From NCBI RefSeq assembly GCF_006345805.1, contig NC_043002.1, forward strand, positions 57,846,001-57,910,000: DNA of 64,000 nucleotides. The letters run 5' to 3'. A model generated the notes under the pieces. It saw nothing but the letters and a program-made list of their open reading frames with translations, searched no databases and was not told the origin of the DNA. Shown piece after piece: positions 38,274 through 51,985 of the stretch. Position numbers and translations under genes: made by a program. Source of the DNA: Octopus sinensis (lineage: Eukaryota). The first letter of the stretch is position 1. The number at the start of each line of letters is the position of its first letter.

Positions 38274-38687
38274 AAATACCAATCTTGAAGAATTAGGCTT
38301 CTCAAAAGAAGAAAGGTGAAAGCTAATTCGAAGACTACAGATTCAGTCCATCACTAGAACTATAAAAATCTGTAAAACTTTCCAGAAGTCTATCATTTAA
38401 ATATCCTGGGTGGCCCAAAAGTAGGTTTGCAGTTATCCTGTAGGCACTTTAAATTTCCTTCAAAATATTTTATTACCTTTAAATTTCGAACTTACAATTA
38501 CTTAAGCATAGAATAGTGGCTTCATTGTTTTTTTTGTAATTAAGATCTAAACTGCTAATATATGAATGTGAACGAGATAATGGAATAACTGTAAACCTAC
38601 TTTTGGGCCATCCTGTATATGAGCATGTCTAGATATGCAACTATATGTATGCGAATACATACATAAAACAAGACATACAAATCTGCA

Positions 38688-38690
<3 letters not shown>
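38274..38690 (+). mobile_element. RLE-type LINE 3' end, interrupted by a MITE
   Basis: Homologous to 3434-3868 (..cagtccatcactagaactataaaaatctgtaaaactttccagaag; 3' UTR gcatgtctagatatg). Confidence 0.82.
38404..38617. mobile_element. Tc1-type MITE
   Basis: About 30-bp TIRs ggcccaaaagtaggttt(g/a)cagttat; TA ends. Confidence 0.85.
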
Positions 38691-38749
<59 letters not shown>

Positions 38750-38755
<6 letters not shown>

Positions 38756-38900
38756 CGAAAGGTTTCCTTCAGTATTCGTCTACCAAATCCACTCACAAGG
38801 CTTAGGTTGCCTGAGGTTAGAGTGGAGGCCACTTGCCCAATGTGCCATACTGGAGGACTGAACCCAGACCCAAGTGACTAGGAAGCAAGCTTCTTACACA
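38750..38900 (-). mobile_element. SINE B 5' half
   Basis: tcgtctaccaaatccactcacaagg..gactgaaccc. Confidence 0.75.
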
Positions 38901-40196
38901 CTATTCATACGAGAGCAAAATTTATCCTGGATACCAGAGACAATTCTTTTGTGATTTTTGTTGGGTGTGAATCGTGTTTCTCACAGATATCCATTAACAG
39001 GTATCTCACAGATATCCATTATCATCCATATGTATTTGCCTCTGCAATGGTGAATGTCGACGCTCTCACACTTTTTTATATCTTGAGAGCAATGATTTCA
39101 TAGAATGACTGAAATAAGACCAGGAAACGAAACCGGATTGTTAGGTTAGCTTGCTGAAATATGTTTCTATACATCGTTGCAAATGTGTGCATGTATATAT
39201 ATATATACGTGCATATTCGTATACGCACAGCTGTATGTACATGTATATGCAGATACAAGCATGCATATACACACCATCGTGAATGACCCGACCGGTAATA
39301 TACATGACAAAGCAGTCAAGAGTTTCGTGGTTCGAATTTTGTCATCGCAATGTTTTTTATTCAGGTCCAAATCATTTATAAGGGTCAATAGTCATGTCCA
39401 CTAAATAGTTAGCAGGCGCAATGTGGCCGAATGGTTATGGAGGTTAGCTTGGCGATCACGAGGGCCCGTTTCAATACAGCTGCTTGGCATCTTAGACAAA
39501 TGCTATTTTTTACAGTTTTGAGTCAACTCATAATTTTTGAATAAAACTGTAAAGACGGAAACTTTCAATTGATCGAATAGCTGAATCCTCATCGTTCAAC
39601 GACGAAGATCCACCACCATATAACAACACAACTATATTAATATATATAAATAAAAAAGACGAACGAGTGTTTCGGTTACTCTAAATGTTGTGTCCAACTG
39701 AATCTCTAAGACGAATAAAAAGCAAAAGGAAAAAAATAACTACTCAAGGAAGACGTGAGATTCGATCCGTTGAAGTCAAAACTATTAGCAAAAACATCAA
39801 TTCATATAATAAGCTATATAAAGTAAGCATTGTATTACAACATTGTGTTCAATGAAGGGAATGAAATTATAAACACGTACATATGTCAAATGGTTCAAAC
39901 TTATGTAATCCTGTTTTTTCATTTAATCTCTCTTTCACCCTCGCTCTATTCTCTCTCTCTCTCTCAGTTTTTTTACGTTTATTTTCCTTGACGTTAGCTT
40001 GCCATCCGCCTTTCTCTTTATACTAAATATATACCCACACATCACATTAATACATGGCGATATAAAGGAGGTGAGGCGATATAATCACTAGTTACAAAGG
40101 AGGTTGTCAGTTCAGAACTGCCCCTTCGTTTCTATTTGCTGTTCACTCTAATGAAACTCATTTACAAATAAATGAATTTATATATATATATATATC

Positions 40197-40281
<85 letters not shown>

Positions 40282-40333
40282 GTGCGTGTGTGTGTGTTGT
40301 GTTGTGTGGTGTGTGTGTGTGTCTGCATGCATG

Positions 40334-40376
<43 letters not shown>

Positions 40377-41083
40377 ACCAGTCACTTAAATTTTTTTTTC
40401 TTGAACCACCGGAACGACGAGGCTGGTTACTCGGTTTCTATGGCGTATAAGTGGCTGAAACTACAACATCCCCACAACCGAGACACCAGTCCACTGCTGA
40501 GTTCAAGGCCAGCAATGCTGAAGTGGTGGTGGTGGTGGTGGTGGTGATGGTGGGGAAGCATGTTGAATACGAAGATTCAATTTATTTTAATTTATTTGCC
40601 TCGAGTTATGCCATGCTGAGGATTTTAAATAAGAATGAAATGGTGTTATACATGATTACATAAAACTGGAAATTTTAAAATCTTTCTCCGATTTCTGCCA
40701 TGACTGATGTACAGCCGGAAGAAATGCTGCTAAGCATTTTGTTCGACGTGCTAAAGATTCTGTTAGCTCATAGCTTTACTCAGTTACTACGGCCGATAAA
40801 ATAGGTCTCCTGTACCTATAAAAATTTACGGCCTCCTTCAAAAGTTTGAAACCAAAAGATTGCAATATAAAGGTGCAGCTTTTATGCATACATACATACA
40901 TGCATACATACACACATACATACATACATACATACGTACATACGTACACACATACATACATACGTACGTACGTACATACATACATACATACATACATCCA
41001 TCCATCCATCCATCCATCCATACATACATACATACATACATACATACATACATACATACATACATACATACATACATACATGC

Positions 41084-41245
41084 AGCTGTCCTGCTTATAT
41101 GAATGTCTTCGAAAATCAAGGAGAAAGAGATTAACCACGAACAGCTGCTTCGAAACCTCCAGATTATACAAATTCGCATTTGTGGTTTTGTGAGTAAATG
41201 CCTAAAGGACAATCTGGATAAACTAGTATTTCAGAGGAAGAATTC
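41084..41245 (+). mobile_element. RLE-type LINE fragment
   Basis: SCPAYMNVF / KIKEKEINHEQLLRNLQI..GFVSKCLKDNLDKLVF, homologous to 57330-57838. Confidence 0.7.
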
Positions 41246-41385
41246 AACCAGCTACCTTGCACATTACAAATACAATATGTAAGGGGCACAGTTATGACTT
41301 TTTTCAAGTTTACAATGTGAATTTGGTTTGTATTCTGCACTTACACATACATATACATACACACACACATATTTATACACACATG

Positions 41386-41545
<160 letters not shown>

Positions 41546-41559
41546 GAGAGAGAGAGAGA

Positions 41560-41720
41560 AACGGGTTGCTTTCAGTTTTCGTCTACCAAATCCACTCACA
41601 AGGCTTTGGTCGGCCCGAGACTATAGTAGAAGACACTTGCCTATGGTGCCACGCAGTGGGACTGAACTCAGAACCATGTTGTTAGTAACAAGCTACTTAC
41701 CACACAGCCACTTCTGCTCC
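41560..41720 (-). mobile_element. SINE B 5' half
   Basis: Reverse complement of the B head and body. Confidence 0.85.
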
Positions 41721-42918
41721 TTTGTTGAAATTTTTTTAAATGTATAGAGTTGGCCAACAACTGACGTATCTAAAGTGATCAACAATTAAGTCTCCAACGA
41801 GGAAGCGAAGATACCTCTATGTAGGCACACAAAACTCTAGAAATAGTGGTCAAAGCCTACACTAAATCACGCCTTCCTACCATAAAAGACTGAAAAGATT
41901 ATATAAAGACGCACAGCAAGGAACAAGTAAGGAGAAGTATAAGCAGGAGCAGTGTAGAGTAAATGAGTTTCGTTACATTGGAGTACAGAGTCTAACTCAT
42001 GTTTTAGTGCAACTTGAATAGAGAGGGACTTTCCAGTTTGGGTTTTACTAGTAAAAATATAGTTAAGATGTCACCGATAATCCAGACATATGCATACATA
42101 AATACAGGCATGGTTGGTGGCGGAGGTAAAGAACCTCGCTTTAAACCCACGTCTTTTCGGTTTCAATCCCATAACGCGGAACATTGAGCACTTGGGCAAG
42201 TGTCTTCTATTATAGTCCAGGTCCGGCAAATGATCTGTGACTGAAACCTGACGTGTGTATGAGTTTGTACGTGCGTGCGTGTGCGCGCGCGTATGTAGGT
42301 AAGTAGATATGCATACATATATAATAAAATAGAATTTGCCCAAATTCAAAACTACGAACACAGTAGAGAGGTAGAGTGAAAGATGTATAAAGATACAGTC
42401 TTTGTGTTGGTTAAAACATTATTGCTCAGAGTTTCATGCGCATGCATTTATACGAGCAATCATCAGACGGCACGATGCTAGCACTTCAAACATGGTAAGT
42501 GCTCTAATATGTGTGATATATTCTTTTATGCAGAAGTTATAAGAAGGAACGAAGCCTACTTAGAATGGACATAGCTGTATATGATCCGTTTACTTTATAT
42601 CTGTTATGACGCTTAGAAATGTGTAAGTTTGAAAGAGCTGCTATTTAGATATATGACACATTGTAACGCAGACCTTTTGGTGCCGCTTATTTGGAGTTAC
42701 TGATTCGACACTGACTTGTTTGACATCAGACGTTTTAACGTTGTACACGTTTCCTCACACACACCCTCTCTCTCTCTCTTTCTCTTTATTTGTGTGTGTG
42801 CATGTGTACTTTGTGTATGATGACAGTGAAAATATGTCACACGTGTTTAGTTAATAAAACTCAAAGTCGCTCTTTCTCTCGCTCTCTCACCCCCCTCTCT
42901 CTCTCTCTATCTGCCTAC

Positions 42919-43007
<89 letters not shown>

Positions 43008-43389
43008 ATTCTATCTATCTATCTACCTACCTATGTCACTTTTTCTCTCTACATGTATATATTTCAGCATGTGCAGGTCTGTTTTTGCCTCCAGCGTCAA
43101 AAACGTACCGGCATCAAAACAAGCTGCATGTTCTGCAGCCTGTTTTGGCTGCAGAACATGGAACCTAAAAAGGGTACAAATAAAGAGATGATTGATAACT
43201 TTATCCATATATATTTTCATAATTTATTTCTAGAATAGATTTAGATGGCATACATAACAAGGAAACTGAGTGTCGATTTAATGAAGATCAATTTACTCTG
43301 GTGGTGATATAAACTTTTGGTATTTTCAATATAAGTCTTTTTTCTGCTATGCATAATTTGCATCTTTCTATGCCATTTATAGATGTGCA

Positions 43390-43610
43390 AGGTGGCGAAC
43401 TGGAAGAAACGCTAGCACGCCGGGCGAAATTCTTAGCGGTATTTCGTGTTTTTACGTTCTGAGTTCAAATTGCACCGAGGTCGATTCTGCCTTTCATCCT
43501 TTCGGGATCAATAAATGAAGTACCAGTTGTGTACTGGGTCGATTTAATCGACTGCCATCCCACCCCGTTCCCCACAAATTTTGGGCCTTTTGCCTAGAGT
43601 AGAAGAGATT
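43390..43610 (+). mobile_element. SINE A
   Basis: Head, core and alternative tail. Confidence 0.85.
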
Positions 43611-44449
43611 TATATAGGATGTGCTTCGCTGTAGAATCGTCCTAGCAATCTAAAAATTAGTGTTGTCTCTTTTTAAGATTTGAATAGAATTTGGTGTTTT
43701 TCTTTTCATCGTGGCCAATATGTAAAACTTGATGCAAGAGTTCTTGCTGATATAAGGTTATGGTATTAATATCGGTGGTGTGGTTACATTTAGCCTAGAA
43801 GTCATAAATATATTGATGATGTCTTTCTTAAAGGTATCAAGTATAGAAAGAGAAAGAGAAAGAGATAGAGAGGGGGAGAGAAAGAGAGAATCCTGTCATT
43901 TCTAGATAAGTATATAATCTTATAGTGAATATCATGCTACATTTCGTATATTTAAGTCCTCAATGTTACATATACCTGCGCTATCAAAAGACCCCATTCT
44001 ATGCATCTTTTATTTTTACCCAGACAGAATTTCTAATAAGCTTCGGAATACTTCATGTTCGCATAATAATGTTTTTGTCTATGTCGCCAAAGCAATTATT
44101 TCCTCTGACAAAGTCGGGATCGCTAATGAATAGAAGCTGAGAAACAAGGGGGAAAATCAACAGTTATTATCGAGATGATCCTACAGCTAAGAACTGTGAT
44201 GAATACATATCCATTATAGAAGTTTGGTTGCCTTTTCAATGATATAACAAATGTTAAGATTTTCTCACTGATTTATAGTATTTTTCATTAAGTGGATTAA
44301 TTAGCCATGGTTTTGAATCAAAAACAACATATTTACTGCGTTCTATATGTGTGAGGTACGTCGCCGCTGAGCTACGCTATATATCATTATATGTATGCGC
44401 ACTAGTCCTTTTATGATCACTCATTATTTTCAGGTAAAAGAATGCATAT

Positions 44450-44612
44450 AGGCGTAGGAGTGGCTGTGTGGCAAATGGCTTGCTTAGGAACCACATGATT
44501 CCAGGTTCAGTGGCACCTCGGACAAGTGTCTTCTACTATAGCCTCGGACCCACCAAAGCCTTGTGAGTGGATTTGGTAGGCGGAAACTGAGAGAAGCCCG
44601 TCGTATATATGC

Positions 44613-44643
<31 letters not shown>

Positions 44644-44885
44644 CGTGTGTGTGCGTGTATGTGTGTGTGTGAGTATGTATATGTTTGTGTGTCTGTGTTT
44701 GTCCCTCCAACATCGCTTGACAACCGATGCTGGTGTGTTTATGTCCCCGTAACTTAGCGGTTCGGCAAAAGAGTCCGATAGAATAAATACTAGGCTTACA
44801 AAGAATAAGTCCTGGGGTCGATTTGCTCGACTAAAGGCGGTGCTCCAGCATGGCCACAGTCAAATGGCTGAAACAAGTAAAAGAG
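44450..44885 (+). mobile_element. Full-length SINE B
   Basis: tRNA head, CORE-like segment, (TA)(GT)n linker, 3' half, gtaaaagag tail. Confidence 0.92.
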
Positions 44886-45099
44886 TATATGAGAGAGAGA
44901 GTATATACATATAACAGGCGTGTGTGCATGTATATAACTACGTATGATGCAGCGCGGAATTTTATCAGTGAACAGGTCACAGTCTCAAAGCGACGAAAAT
45001 ATTTTGGCAAATTAAATTTAAATGTTGAAGTGAATCTAACGGTGTTTGCATGTTTTTAAATGGCTTATAAACACCTACCATGCTGCATTGTATGTGTGC

Positions 45100-45154
<55 letters not shown>

Positions 45155-45241
45155 TATATATAATATATATCGATGTATTTTTGATAGATCTTTAGCCACT
45201 AAACCTTTTTCTATTTTCTCTCCCTGTTTATTTCTGTGTTC

Positions 45242-45277
45242 CTTTCTGTCGAAGAGCGTAAGCTCGAAACGTAAAAG
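45242..45277 (+). ncRNA. Minimal type-I hammerhead-like motif in a Penelope-like fragment (about 45190-45370)
   Basis: CTTT-CTGtcGA-a-GAGC-gtaa-GCTC-GAAA-CGTA-AAAG; one core mismatch (A6). Confidence 0.65.
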
Positions 45278-46160
45278 ACTTTCTCACTTCCCGAGCGTTA
45301 AACTAATACATCCGTTTGTTGTTTACACACCCGTCTTCGTCTTTTGTTTCTTTTGTAAATTCTCACTATATGTGTGTGTATGTATGCATGTATGTATACG
45401 TATGAACTAAAAGCAGCTCGAATGTAATAAATATTATTAATTACATATGCTAATGTATATGCTGTGAGTATTTTCCGGTAGCTACGATGGCGTAGAGGAG
45501 TATATAAACGAGCGACATGAGAGTTTATATACTCTGCTACGCCATTGTAGCAACAGGAAAATACACATAGCATATAAATTAGTATATGTATTTAAAAATA
45601 CGCACACGAACGCATACATATATATAAAGATATTCGTATGTACATAATTGTTTGTGTTAATAGACAAAGCAGACAGTACGCATGCGCCAACGCGCGCTTG
45701 CATTGTGTCCTTGATCTTTCCAACTTTATCTGATTTCTTTCTTCACCTCACTAGCCACGTATTGCTGGAGTATCTCGCCCTTTGACGCAACGTTTATCAT
45801 TATCATGACCATCACAATCATCATCATCAACATCATCATCATTATCATCATCAAAAACAACATCACCATCATCATCATTATCATCATCATCATCATCACC
45901 ATCATCGTCATCGTTGTCATCATCATCATCATCATCACAATCATCATCATCACAATCATCATCATCGTCATCATTATCATCATCATCATCATCTTTTACT
46001 CCACTTTTTTTCTTCCTCTTCTCGTTCCCAATTTTTCTGTGTATATATGGGGTTTTTTCAATTTATTCACCTTTTATGAATATTTTATCATCTCGATATC
46101 AGTTTCCTTTTATGGAATACGTTATTACTCGTTATAATAAACTTATAAAAGTATATATGT

Positions 46161-46234
<74 letters not shown>

Positions 46235-46253
46235 CAGACAGATATATATATAT

Positions 46254-46372
<119 letters not shown>

Positions 46373-46404
46373 GGATAGATAGACAGATAGAAAGATAGAT
46401 AGAT

Positions 46405-46501
46405 ATGTTTCTTTATTAGCCACACAGGGCTGCACACCGATAGAACAAATTACAAGGTAGAGCTTTTCTTTTGGGGGTAAAAAAGGAGAGTGGTGGTTTT
46501 C

Positions 46502-46504
<3 letters not shown>
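46405..46504 (-). mobile_element. LINE 3' tip (putative Tx1-like) embedded in (GATA)n
   Basis: Near-identical to 55828-55930; minus strand ends gtgtggctAATAAAgaaacat(atct)n. Confidence 0.6.
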
Positions 46505-46584
<80 letters not shown>

Positions 46585-47384
46585 TTTCCTATACCCAACC
46601 CAGTGAGAGGAAAATTTTCCGTTACCTAGTTATCTGATACTATCCGTGCAACCAGAGAGCAAAATTTCCCTCTGGGTGCGTTTAAAGTCTAATGTCAACA
46701 AGGAAGTGAGATAACGTTGTTAACACAATCTAGATTCACTCCAAAAATATATTGGTTTTTACCCTACACAAAAATTTCTTATCGTTATATTCTATAATTT
46801 CCGAAAGGGAGTTCTCCTAATTGCAGGAACATCTTAATCGAAATTTACCTTCCCATTTTATTATATATATGAGATTGATTCTTTATGGGTATGTAAGATG
46901 CAGAAGGAACCTTCTCAAGATTTCTCAGTATAAAAATTTGACATAACGAAAGGAGTTGATGTCTATTTATGGAACATTTACTGAGTAACGAGATCATTTC
47001 TAAAACGTTCTGTAATCCACCATTCTCTACTATCTTTCTTCCTGCAGAAAATTGAACCTACTATGCTGCGATTACCTCAATGCGTTGTTCCTATCCATTG
47101 TAGTCACTTCTCGATGCTATTCTTGTATGCTGTGATTACTTCTCTATATGAGATGGCTATCATTGTAATTCAAAGAACCTTGCTATATTCTTCAATCGCT
47201 AAGACCCTAACTAACTGTGGTCTCTACTCTACGTTGTTCTATTCTCTTTATTACAATTTGGGGCTGCATCTATAACTATAATACCTTCTCCGGATTTCCC
47301 CCCATCAATTAAAATGGTAGGGTCCGGAGGGAAAGCTGCCGATTACTTATGGCAGCTTGAGAGAACACATCGAAGGTGTATATA

Positions 47385-47575
47385 TTCTTTTATTCTATTA
47401 TTTGTTTCAGTCAGTTGACTGCGGCCATGCTGGAGCACCTCAGAACTTATTATTCGTAAGCCTAGTACTTATCCTATCGGTTTCTTTTGCCGAACTGCTA
47501 AGTTACAGGGACATAAACACACCAGCATCGGTTGTCAAGCGATGGTGGGAGGGTACAAACAGACACACACACACA
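47385..47575 (-). mobile_element. SINE B 3' half
   Basis: Reverse complement of the B tail. Confidence 0.82.
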
Positions 47576-48289
47576 TATGTATGCGGGAAGACCTCGCACA
47601 ACTATCGTTAAATTCTTCAATGAACGAACTGAAATTCCTCAGTGAACGAACTAAAACTATTGATTATCAGCACCTGGCTACACCGACATCGATTGCATGT
47701 ACACGCTTTTCATATAATCACTTTAAGACAAACACTTGGTATGCTCTGGCGGCTAATTATTGTAAGGGAGGTAACCACTTCTAGATCAATCGTGGCGGGA
47801 TTAGAACTTTGAATTTGAAATCGAAGAAAGAACTTGAAATTTCTAGTCATCGGTAATTACTTATAGTGCCATTTCATTCTTATTTGAAATCCCCGGCATG
47901 ACATAACCCGAGGCAAATAAATTCAACTAAATTAAACATTTTATGAAGCGAAACATTTCTTAGAAATGGAAATAATTAGTTTAGAAGACATTTATGGAAT
48001 GTGTGTTTTTCTTTTTCTTTCTCCTTCTTTTTCGTCATTGATCGTTAATGGAGCCTGTATATCATGCAAGTAAACAAACGTGGGCTTACAGTCAATGTAT
48101 ATGAACTTAACAATCTATTGTCTATAGCTAAATGTATTTGTAGTTATATATCGTGTTGCTTTAATTGACTCGAAAGACATTTTCTTCAAGAGAATTCTTT
48201 CACTTGTTATCGAACCAAAATCTATTGTCTGCTTTGGCCGAATCGTTTGTATATTAGACAAAGTTCCCTGTAATACTTCGAAAGATCGT

Positions 48290-48590
48290 TTCACATTTTC
48301 AGTCCTAACCTTGCCGAGATCAACTTTGCCATTCACCCTCTCGGGCTCAATAAAAATAGTAGTCGACTACTGAAGTCGATCTTCTGGCTTTGTGTGCCTA
48401 AATCAGAAACTATCGTTATCGTGTCGAACAAAATGCTTAGTAGTATTTCTTCCGATTCGTTACGTTCTACGTTCAAATTCTGCCGATGTCAACTTTGCCT
48501 TTCATCCACTCGGGGTCAATAAAGTAAATTACTTGTCAAGTCCTGGAGTGAATGCAATCGACTTGCTCCTCCTTTCTGAAATTTCTAATT
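48290..48590 (+). mobile_element. Two SINE A copies
   Basis: Core motif present twice. Confidence 0.72.
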
Positions 48591-48594
48591 TCAT

Positions 48595-48890
48595 ACATAG
48601 GCGTGGCTATGCGGTAAGAAGTTTGCTTCCCAACCACATGCTTCTGTGTTCAGTCCCACAGTGTGGCACTATGGACAAATCTCTTTCTTTTATAGCCTCA
48701 GGCCGACCAGAGACTTCTGAGTGGATCCCGTAGACAGAAACTGAAAAAAGCCCGTCGCGTATATATATATATATATATTACACAGTGAGGGGACCTTTGA
48801 CAGGACGCCTTTCTAGCTTGTAAGGAGTCCTGTCAAAAATCCCTTCTCTGTGTATAAAAATATTTTATACATTTATATATATATATATAC

Positions 48891-48921
<31 letters not shown>

Positions 48922-49160
48922 TATGCACGCGTGTGTGTGTATGTGGCTTTGTGTTTGTGTTTGTCCTCCATTACCGTTAGGCAACCGGTGTTGGTGTATT
49001 TACGCCCCCATAAATTACTGGTTCGCCAAAAACAGATCCATAGAATATATACCAAGCTTTAAAAAAATGGACATGGGTTGAGTTGTTCGACTGAAATTTC
49101 TTCAAGGCTGTGCCCCAGCATGGGCGTATTCTAATGACTGAACCAAGTAAAAGAAAAGAT
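48595..49160 (+). mobile_element. SINE B with insertion in its linker
   Basis: Head 48595-48760, tail 48940-49160. Confidence 0.8.
48781..48852. mobile_element. 72-bp foldback mini-element (MADE-like)
   Basis: Arms match at 27 of 32 positions including flanking TA dinucleotides. Confidence 0.7.
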
Positions 49161-49990
49161 ATGTCATTTTCTCCTGATATTACCCATGGTAGCAAACGTA
49201 TCCTCTCAAATATACCAGCTATACGATGGATAAGACTTCAATACATAATAAATCGGATGTTACCCTGGGAATTATCTCAGCCAATCCAAATTCTGAATAT
49301 TATTCGTGCACATATATTGTTCTCCCCAATCTCTCTCCCTCGAAAATATAACTAACGAGTAATTTGGCTCAATAAATCGGCCTCTCTCTGCGCTCATTAT
49401 ATGTTATATATGCCAACGAGGTAATTTTCCCCAAATCATATAATATAAAAAAAGAAATATTTTTGTATGCCATTTCGGCAAATGCCATTGGAATGCATAA
49501 TCTGAGATAAACGTATATCATTTTACTGAAAACATTTAGGTTTTGAAGTGCGAATGCAAACGGAAATGACATACTTAAAGATATAAACACAATATACCGT
49601 TGCTATAATGGCGTATAATAATAATATGGAAATCTATGCAACACATTATAATGTATAATAGTGAGGTAACACATGCAACCATTCTCATATGTTACTCTAG
49701 TGAAATGTCATTGGAATATATATCAGCTACGATAAATTATATCGCTTTCATTTCATACTAAACAGCCCAGCTTTTTTTTTTTTTAAGTATGAATGATGCA
49801 AACGGAAGTGACATACATAAGGATATAAACAGAAAATATAGAATAGCGATGATAATGTATAATAGTATGGGAGACATATGCATCGCATCACGCAGGTTCA
49901 AGCGCCATCTTTAGAAAATAAATCTCTCATGAATTTTTAACATCATCATCTGACATTTATAGAGCTAAGATGGTTTATAGTTGAAAATTT

Positions 49991-50034
<44 letters not shown>

Positions 50035-50039
50035 TAATA

Positions 50040-50116
<77 letters not shown>

Positions 50117-50179
50117 TAATAATAATAATAATAATATTTCCAAATTCTGGAATAAGGTCACCAGTTTTTCTGTGTTTTT

Positions 50180-50360
50180 ACTCAAAAAGAGACTTTTCGT
50201 CTGTTCTTTACCAGAACTTGTCTGGTACTTTTACTGTTTCGACAACAAAAGGAGGAGAAGTAAAGCTGATTCCAGCGGGATTTGTTCTCAGGATGTAAAA
50301 AGCGGAAACACCACCAGTTATTTAGTCGGATACTCAAATGGTTCTGCCAGATAACACTGT
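50180..50360 (-). mobile_element. Old SINE A
   Basis: ctggtact..tttcgac..aaagctgattccagcgggattt. Confidence 0.6.
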
Positions 50361-50747
50361 GTATAGTGATTGAATATTTCACCAAATATATTTAAATCCA
50401 AATAAAACGAAATTCATTGACATTACTTCATTATATAGAAACACGAATTAAACACATACACACACACGCACGCGCGCAAACACACATATACTCACACTTA
50501 TACCAACACACACACACACACATAGGCAGAGGCATAAGGATGTGTGTGTGATGAGGGGGTGTGCTTCCAAACTACAGGGTTTTCGCGTTCAAACCCACCG
50601 TCCAGCACCTGACCGGTCTAATCCTTTTGAATGGATTTAATATACAGAAACTGATGGAAGTCGTGCACACACATACACACACACACACACATTTATATAA
50701 AGAAGTTATAATCCAAGAAGATAGAATGAACAGGTTTTAATCACAAA

Positions 50748-50870
50748 TCACAACAATTGTTTCTATGCATTGGTGGCAACTGTTGCTGACTTTTCCATAT
50801 CATACAATAACATAAAATATTATATAAACATGATCCAGCAATAGCTATGTACTCGCACGTCATCAGGTGA
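50748..50870 (-). ncRNA. Hammerhead-like motif with intact core and long stem II insert
   Basis: TCAC-CTGATGA-c-GTGC..86 nt..GCAT-a-GAAA-CAATTG-TT-GTGA. Confidence 0.45.
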
Positions 50871-50894
50871 GTGGCTTTGAGAGTATTGCATACA

Positions 50895-50938
<44 letters not shown>

Positions 50939-51229
50939 ATACACACACGCATATATAAACATGTATGTGTGTGTATCCGTTTGTTTGTATCTACAATCGC
51001 TTCTTGTACGGAAGTGCTGCCTTCGAAGCCGTATGGAATAAGCTACCCCTTACCTCTAATACAGGTAATGCTTAGCGTCAGGAAGGACAACCGGCTGTTT
51101 AAACATTACCTCGGCTTACATACTCGTCTAGCCAATAAAATCGTGGGAAAAGATACGTTAAACGAACGAAACACGGCCACCTCTTTACACACAAATGATA
51201 TATACTTTTGTGTCGGAATGTTTTTAAAT

Positions 51230-51985
51230 TTTGGTCGAAAGCTAGTAATTTTTAGATGGTGCAAGTCGATTTCAACCACCCCAGCGCACGACTGGTACTC
51301 ATTTTATTGACCCCAAAATGACGAAAGGCACAGACGATCTCGGTGGAATTTGAACTTAAAAAGTAAGCGGGAAGAAATGTCGTTAAGTATTTTTTTCTGA
51401 CGGTGTAACGATTCTGCCAAGTGACCGACTTGTGTCGAATTATAATACAAAAAATAAGAAAATGAAGATTAACCCGAAGAATTACTCAATACTTCTTCTA
51501 GAGTATATTTACTATTTATTGTTCATTTATTATTTGTAAGAAAGGGGTCACAGTAACTTTGAATTCTCAGCCTGCTGTCTCTCATCCCCTCTCTCCTCCT
51601 TTCTGTTTGTGTGGTGTGTGTGTGTGTGCGTGCGCGCTTGTGTGAGTGTGAGCGCGCGCATGCGTACGTGCCTGCGTGTGTGTCTCTTTGTCTGTGTGTG
51701 TGTGTGTGCGTGCGCACGCGCACGCGTGCATTAAATGAATGACGAGCAACACATTATATCCCATGTAAGGCGGCGAGCTGGCAGAAACGTTAGCATGCCG
51801 GGCGAAATGCTTATTTGTATTTCGTCTGCCGTTACGTCCTGAGTTCAAATTCCGCTGAGGTCGACTTTGCCTTTCATCCCTTTCGGTGTCGATAAATTAA
51901 GTACCAGTTGTGTACTGGGATCGATCTAATCCACTGGCCACCTCTCCCCAAATTTCGGGCCTTGTGTCTGGAGTAGAAAAGATTA
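51230..51985. mobile_element. Divergent SINE A pair: 51230-51430 (-) and 51767-51985 (+)
   Basis: Head and core motifs on opposite strands. Confidence 0.85.

Noticed and set aside
42431-42470. CTGATGA..GAAA on the minus strand as another hammerhead
   Set aside because: Stems I-III do not pair convincingly and there is no palindromic stem III.
42430-42494. 65-nt exon candidate ending ATG|gtaagt
   Set aside because: Weak acceptor and unrecognisable peptide.
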